Below are positions 8,608 through 10,617 of a stretch of DNA of 10,617 nt, one piece after another. The stretch comes from Thermoproteaceae archaeon. Its GTDB lineage: Archaea; Thermoproteota; Thermoprotei; Thermoproteales; Thermoproteaceae. Under the pieces are notes generated by a model. That model saw only the letters and a list, made by a program, of their open reading frames with translations. It made no database searches and had not been told where the DNA came from. Within the stretch, counting starts at the first letter, position 1. Each line of letters begins with the position of its first letter. The position numbers and the translations under genes were made by a program. The stretch is from contig JAJHRB010000054.1 of assembly GCA_020833025.1 (NCBI GenBank), forward strand, positions 1 through 10,617. The letters are read 5' to 3'.

Positions 8608-8621
8608 CTTATAAGCTTTAG
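8608..8621 (-). promoter_or_regulatory. TATA/BRE promoter of trpD
   Basis: Minus strand CTAAAGCTTATAAG; the BRE-like part includes the protease stop codon TAA. Confidence 0.75.
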
Positions 8622-8962
8622 ACGGCCAGCAGCCCCACCTTCTCGAGGCGGCCCGTCACTGGGCTCACCGCATAGCCGAGTCTCTCGAGGGCCTGCACGC
8701 CGATTAGCACGTCGAGCGGGAGCTCGTCGAGGATCTCGACGAAGACCTCGGACTCCTCCCCCCACAGCCTTATCACCGCCACCGCGACCTCCACCCTCAC
8801 CCTTCTGCCGTCTACGGTCACCCTCTCCTTAGTTCTGAACGGCTTGAGCCCCGCCTCCTCGGCCACTCTCCTGCTCACCAGCACCTCCCCGTTAAAGCCC
8901 GTGTCAACGAGAGCCCTGTAAGTCCTCCCGCCGATCTCCACCTCTGCGAACGTTATGCCCAT
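8618..8962 (-). CDS. Clan AA (retropepsin-like) aspartic protease, small archaeal type
   Basis: 114 aa with catalytic ALVDTGF motif and C-terminal LIGVQAL. TATA TTTAATA (8988-8982) lies 26 nt before ATG 8962. Confidence 0.85.
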   Translation of the reverse strand: MGITFAEVEIGGRTYRALVDTGFNGEVLVSRRVAEEAGLKPFRTKERVTVDGRRVRVEVAVAVIRLWGEESEVFVEILDELPLDVLIGVQALERLGYAVSPVTGRLEKVGLLAV

Positions 8963-8981
8963 GCCCAGCCCGGCGTGCCGG

Positions 8982-9017
8982 TATTAAACCGCTCCCTGGC
9001 AGACAGGATAATAATAA
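8982..9017. promoter_or_regulatory. Back-to-back TATA boxes for the protease (minus) and the ATPase fragment (plus)
   Basis: TTTAATA at 8988-8982 on minus and TAATAA at 9012-9017 on plus; each first T is 26 nt from its start codon (8962 and 9038). Confidence 0.6.
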
Positions 9018-9037
9018 GACTGGCGTAAAGGCGGCAC

Positions 9038-9195
9038 GTGCACGCGAGAATTCGGAACTACCGCTGCTTCGGGGACGTCCAGCTGAGCGTGAGCGGCCCG
9101 CTGGCCGTGATAGTCGGGCCCAACGGTGCCGGCAAGACGGCGCTCCTGGAGGCGCTGCTCATCGGGGCGTCCAGGTGCCTGCCGCCGCCCCGGCG
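9038..9195 (+). pseudogene. N-terminal fragment of an SMC/ABC-like AAA ATPase
   Basis: MHARIRNYRCFGDVQLSVSGPLAVIVGPNGAGKTALLEAL has the I-x-N-Y-R-x-F start and a Walker A motif. Resemblance is lost after about 45 aa; the ORF runs on to TGA 9307 with no Walker B. Confidence 0.8.
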
Positions 9196-9310
9196 GAATG
9201 GCACGACGAGAATTGAAAGTGAGTGCCGGAAGTGTAAAAGAAAGGGCGAAATGCCTAAAAAAGTCGCGAAGGCAAAGCCGCAAGAGCGGAATCTCAGGAA
9301 GGATTGAAAA
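9196..9310 (+). CRISPR. Two degenerate CRISPR-repeat-like sequences separated by 69 nt (remnant or orphan mini-array)
   Basis: GAATGGCACGACGAGAATTGAAAG (9196-9219) and GAATCTCAGGAAGGATTGAAAA (9289-9310). Both resemble the Thermoproteaceae repeat recalled as GAATCTCAAAAAGAGGATTGAAAG (18/24 matches for the first). Only two copies, so not a canonical array. Confidence 0.5.
9236..9262 (-). terminator. Possible oligo-T terminator of trpB
   Basis: Minus-strand tracts TTTTTT (9262-9257) and TTTCTTTT (9243-9236) begin about 30 nt after the trpB stop. Confidence 0.4.
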
Positions 9311-10532
9311 TCTCGTACGCGTCGACGTCAAGAAGGCCGTGCCCCGACATGTTGAACGCGATGACGGAGCCCGGCGGCAGCTTCCTCGCGATGTCTACCA
9401 CCGCCTTGACGGCGTGGGCGGACTCGGGCGCCGGTATCACGCCCTCCGACCTCGCGAAGAGAATGGCCGCGCGCATCACCTCCTCCTGCGTGTACGCCAC
9501 TGCCTCGACGATGCCCAGGCGCCTGAGCAGCGAGAGGCTGGGGGCCGCCCCGTGGTAGCGCAGGCCGGCCGCATGCACGGGCGGCGGGACGTAATCGTGG
9601 CCGAGCGTGTACATCCTTATCATTGGGAGCGTGCCGACAGCGTCCGGGAAGTCGTACCTGTACTCGCCCCGAGAGAGCTTGGGCGCAGCTGACGACTCTG
9701 CCGCCACGAACCTCGCTCTCTCGAAGCCCTCGCCCCTCAGCCTCGCGCCTATCATCGGGTAGGCAAAACCGCCGAAGTTCGACCCGCCGCCGACGCAAGC
9801 CACGACGACGTCCGGCTCCTCGGGCAGCTGCCTGACCGCCTCGAGGCCTATCACGGTCTGGTGCAGCAGCACGAACTCCATCACGCTGCCGGGCAGGTAC
9901 TTCCTGCCCTCTCCGGACAGAACATACTCGACGGCCTCCGATATTGCAATGCCGAGAGAGCCCGGGTGGTCAGGCCTGTAGTGGCGCCTGCCGGCCTCCG
10001 TTATCTCGCTCGGGCTCGGGTGCACCACCGCCCCGTACGCCCTCATGAACGCCAGTCTCTGCCTCTTTGTCAAGTACGACGATCTCGTCATGAATACAGT
10101 GGCCCTCATGCCAAACAGCGCCGCGGCCAGCGCCACGGCCATCCCCCACTGCCCGGCGCCCGTCTCCGTGGCTACCTCGACCGCGCCGTCGGCCCTGGCG
10201 TAGTATGCCTGTGCTATTGCCGTGTTCAGCTTGTGACTGCCTGTCGGCAGCACTCCCTCGTACTTGTAGTATATGCGCACCCCCACGCCGAGTCTCCTCT
10301 CGAGACCCTCCGCCCTGAGCAGAGGAGTCGGCCTGCCGACCCTCCTGTAGGCCTCCCTGACCTCCTCGGGTATCGGCGCCCACCTCTCGGCGGAGAACTC
10401 CTGATCTATGAGGGCGGACGGGAGTATTCTCCTCAGCAGCGCAATTCTGCTCTCTCCCGCCTCGGGATCTCTCGGCGGCGGGAGAACTCCCGGGAGGTCC
10501 GCGGCTATGTTATACCACCTGTCCGGCACCAC
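9294..10532 (-). CDS. trpB: Tryptophan synthase beta subunit, TrpB2 type
   Basis: WYNI N-terminus, GRPTPL, PLP lysine in GSHKLNTA, TETGAGQWG, HPGSLGIAISEA, CVGGGSN, GLRYHG, PAPESAHA, NMSGHG. These signatures match TrpB2. Confidence 0.96.
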   Translation of the reverse strand: MVPDRWYNIAADLPGVLPPPRDPEAGESRIALLRRILPSALIDQEFSAERWAPIPEEVREAYRRVGRPTPLLRAEGLERRLGVGVRIYYKYEGVLPTGSHKLNTAIAQAYYARADGAVEVATETGAGQWGMAVALAAALFGMRATVFMTRSSYLTKRQRLAFMRAYGAVVHPSPSEITEAGRRHYRPDHPGSLGIAISEAVEYVLSGEGRKYLPGSVMEFVLLHQTVIGLEAVRQLPEEPDVVVACVGGGSNFGGFAYPMIGARLRGEGFERARFVAAESSAAPKLSRGEYRYDFPDAVGTLPMIRMYTLGHDYVPPPVHAAGLRYHGAAPSLSLLRRLGIVEAVAYTQEEVMRAAILFARSEGVIPAPESAHAVKAVVDIARKLPPGSVIAFNMSGHGLLDVDAYEIFNPS

Positions 10533-10543
10533 CCCGACGTCAC
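10505..10543 (-). other. Putative Trp-sensing leader ORF of trpB: MTSGWCRTGGIT*
   Basis: GTG ACG TCG GGG TGG; GTG lies 26 nt from the first T of CTTTTAAG; TGG 10531-10529 overlaps trpB GTG 10532-10530. Confidence 0.65.
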
Positions 10544-10562
10544 GGGACGTGCAGGGGCCGCC

Positions 10563-10570
10563 CTTAAAAG
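10563..10570 (-). promoter_or_regulatory. TATA box of trpB
   Basis: Minus strand CTTTTAAG, with the same geometry as the trpD and trpE promoters. Confidence 0.7.
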
Positions 10571-10617
10571 CATCGCGGCACAGGACTCTCTGGCACGCCT
10601 CGCAGCACCAGTGAGGG

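Noticed and set aside
10544-10617. Frames open to the window edge upstream of trpB (a Cys-rich frame continuous with TrpB, and the leader frame itself)
   Set aside because: No recognisable protein, both cross the TATA box, and 74 GC-rich bases are often stop-free by chance. An upstream gene ending here cannot be excluded from this window.

Overview
GC-rich, tightly packed archaeal window, most likely Thermoproteaceae (Pyrobaculum/Thermoproteus-like). This is inferred from the TrpB2-type synthase, TATA boxes set at leaderless distance from start codons, and a repeat-like motif. Left part (minus strand): an ABC-2 exporter (permease running off the window edge, plus ATPase), a class I SAM methyltransferase and sua5. 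Next is a frameshifted ArsB/NhaD-family transporter on the plus strand. The right part is a tryptophan cluster on the minus strand, trpB2 - [insert] - trpD - trpE - trpG - trpA, with no trpC or trpF in the window. The insert holds a clan AA aspartic protease, a truncated SMC/AAA-type ATPase and two degenerate CRISPR-repeat-like sequences. Main discovery: trpB, trpD and trpE each have their own TATA box followed, at an identical 26-nt spacing, by an out-of-frame leader ORF starting (A/G)TG-ANN-TCG-GGG-TGG (M-T/I-S-G-W). Its Trp codon overlaps the GTG that opens the trp gene in the -1 frame, directly after a GGGG run. This suggests Trp-starvation-triggered -1 ribosomal frameshifting as the regulator of trp genes. 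The mechanism is inferred, not demonstrated.
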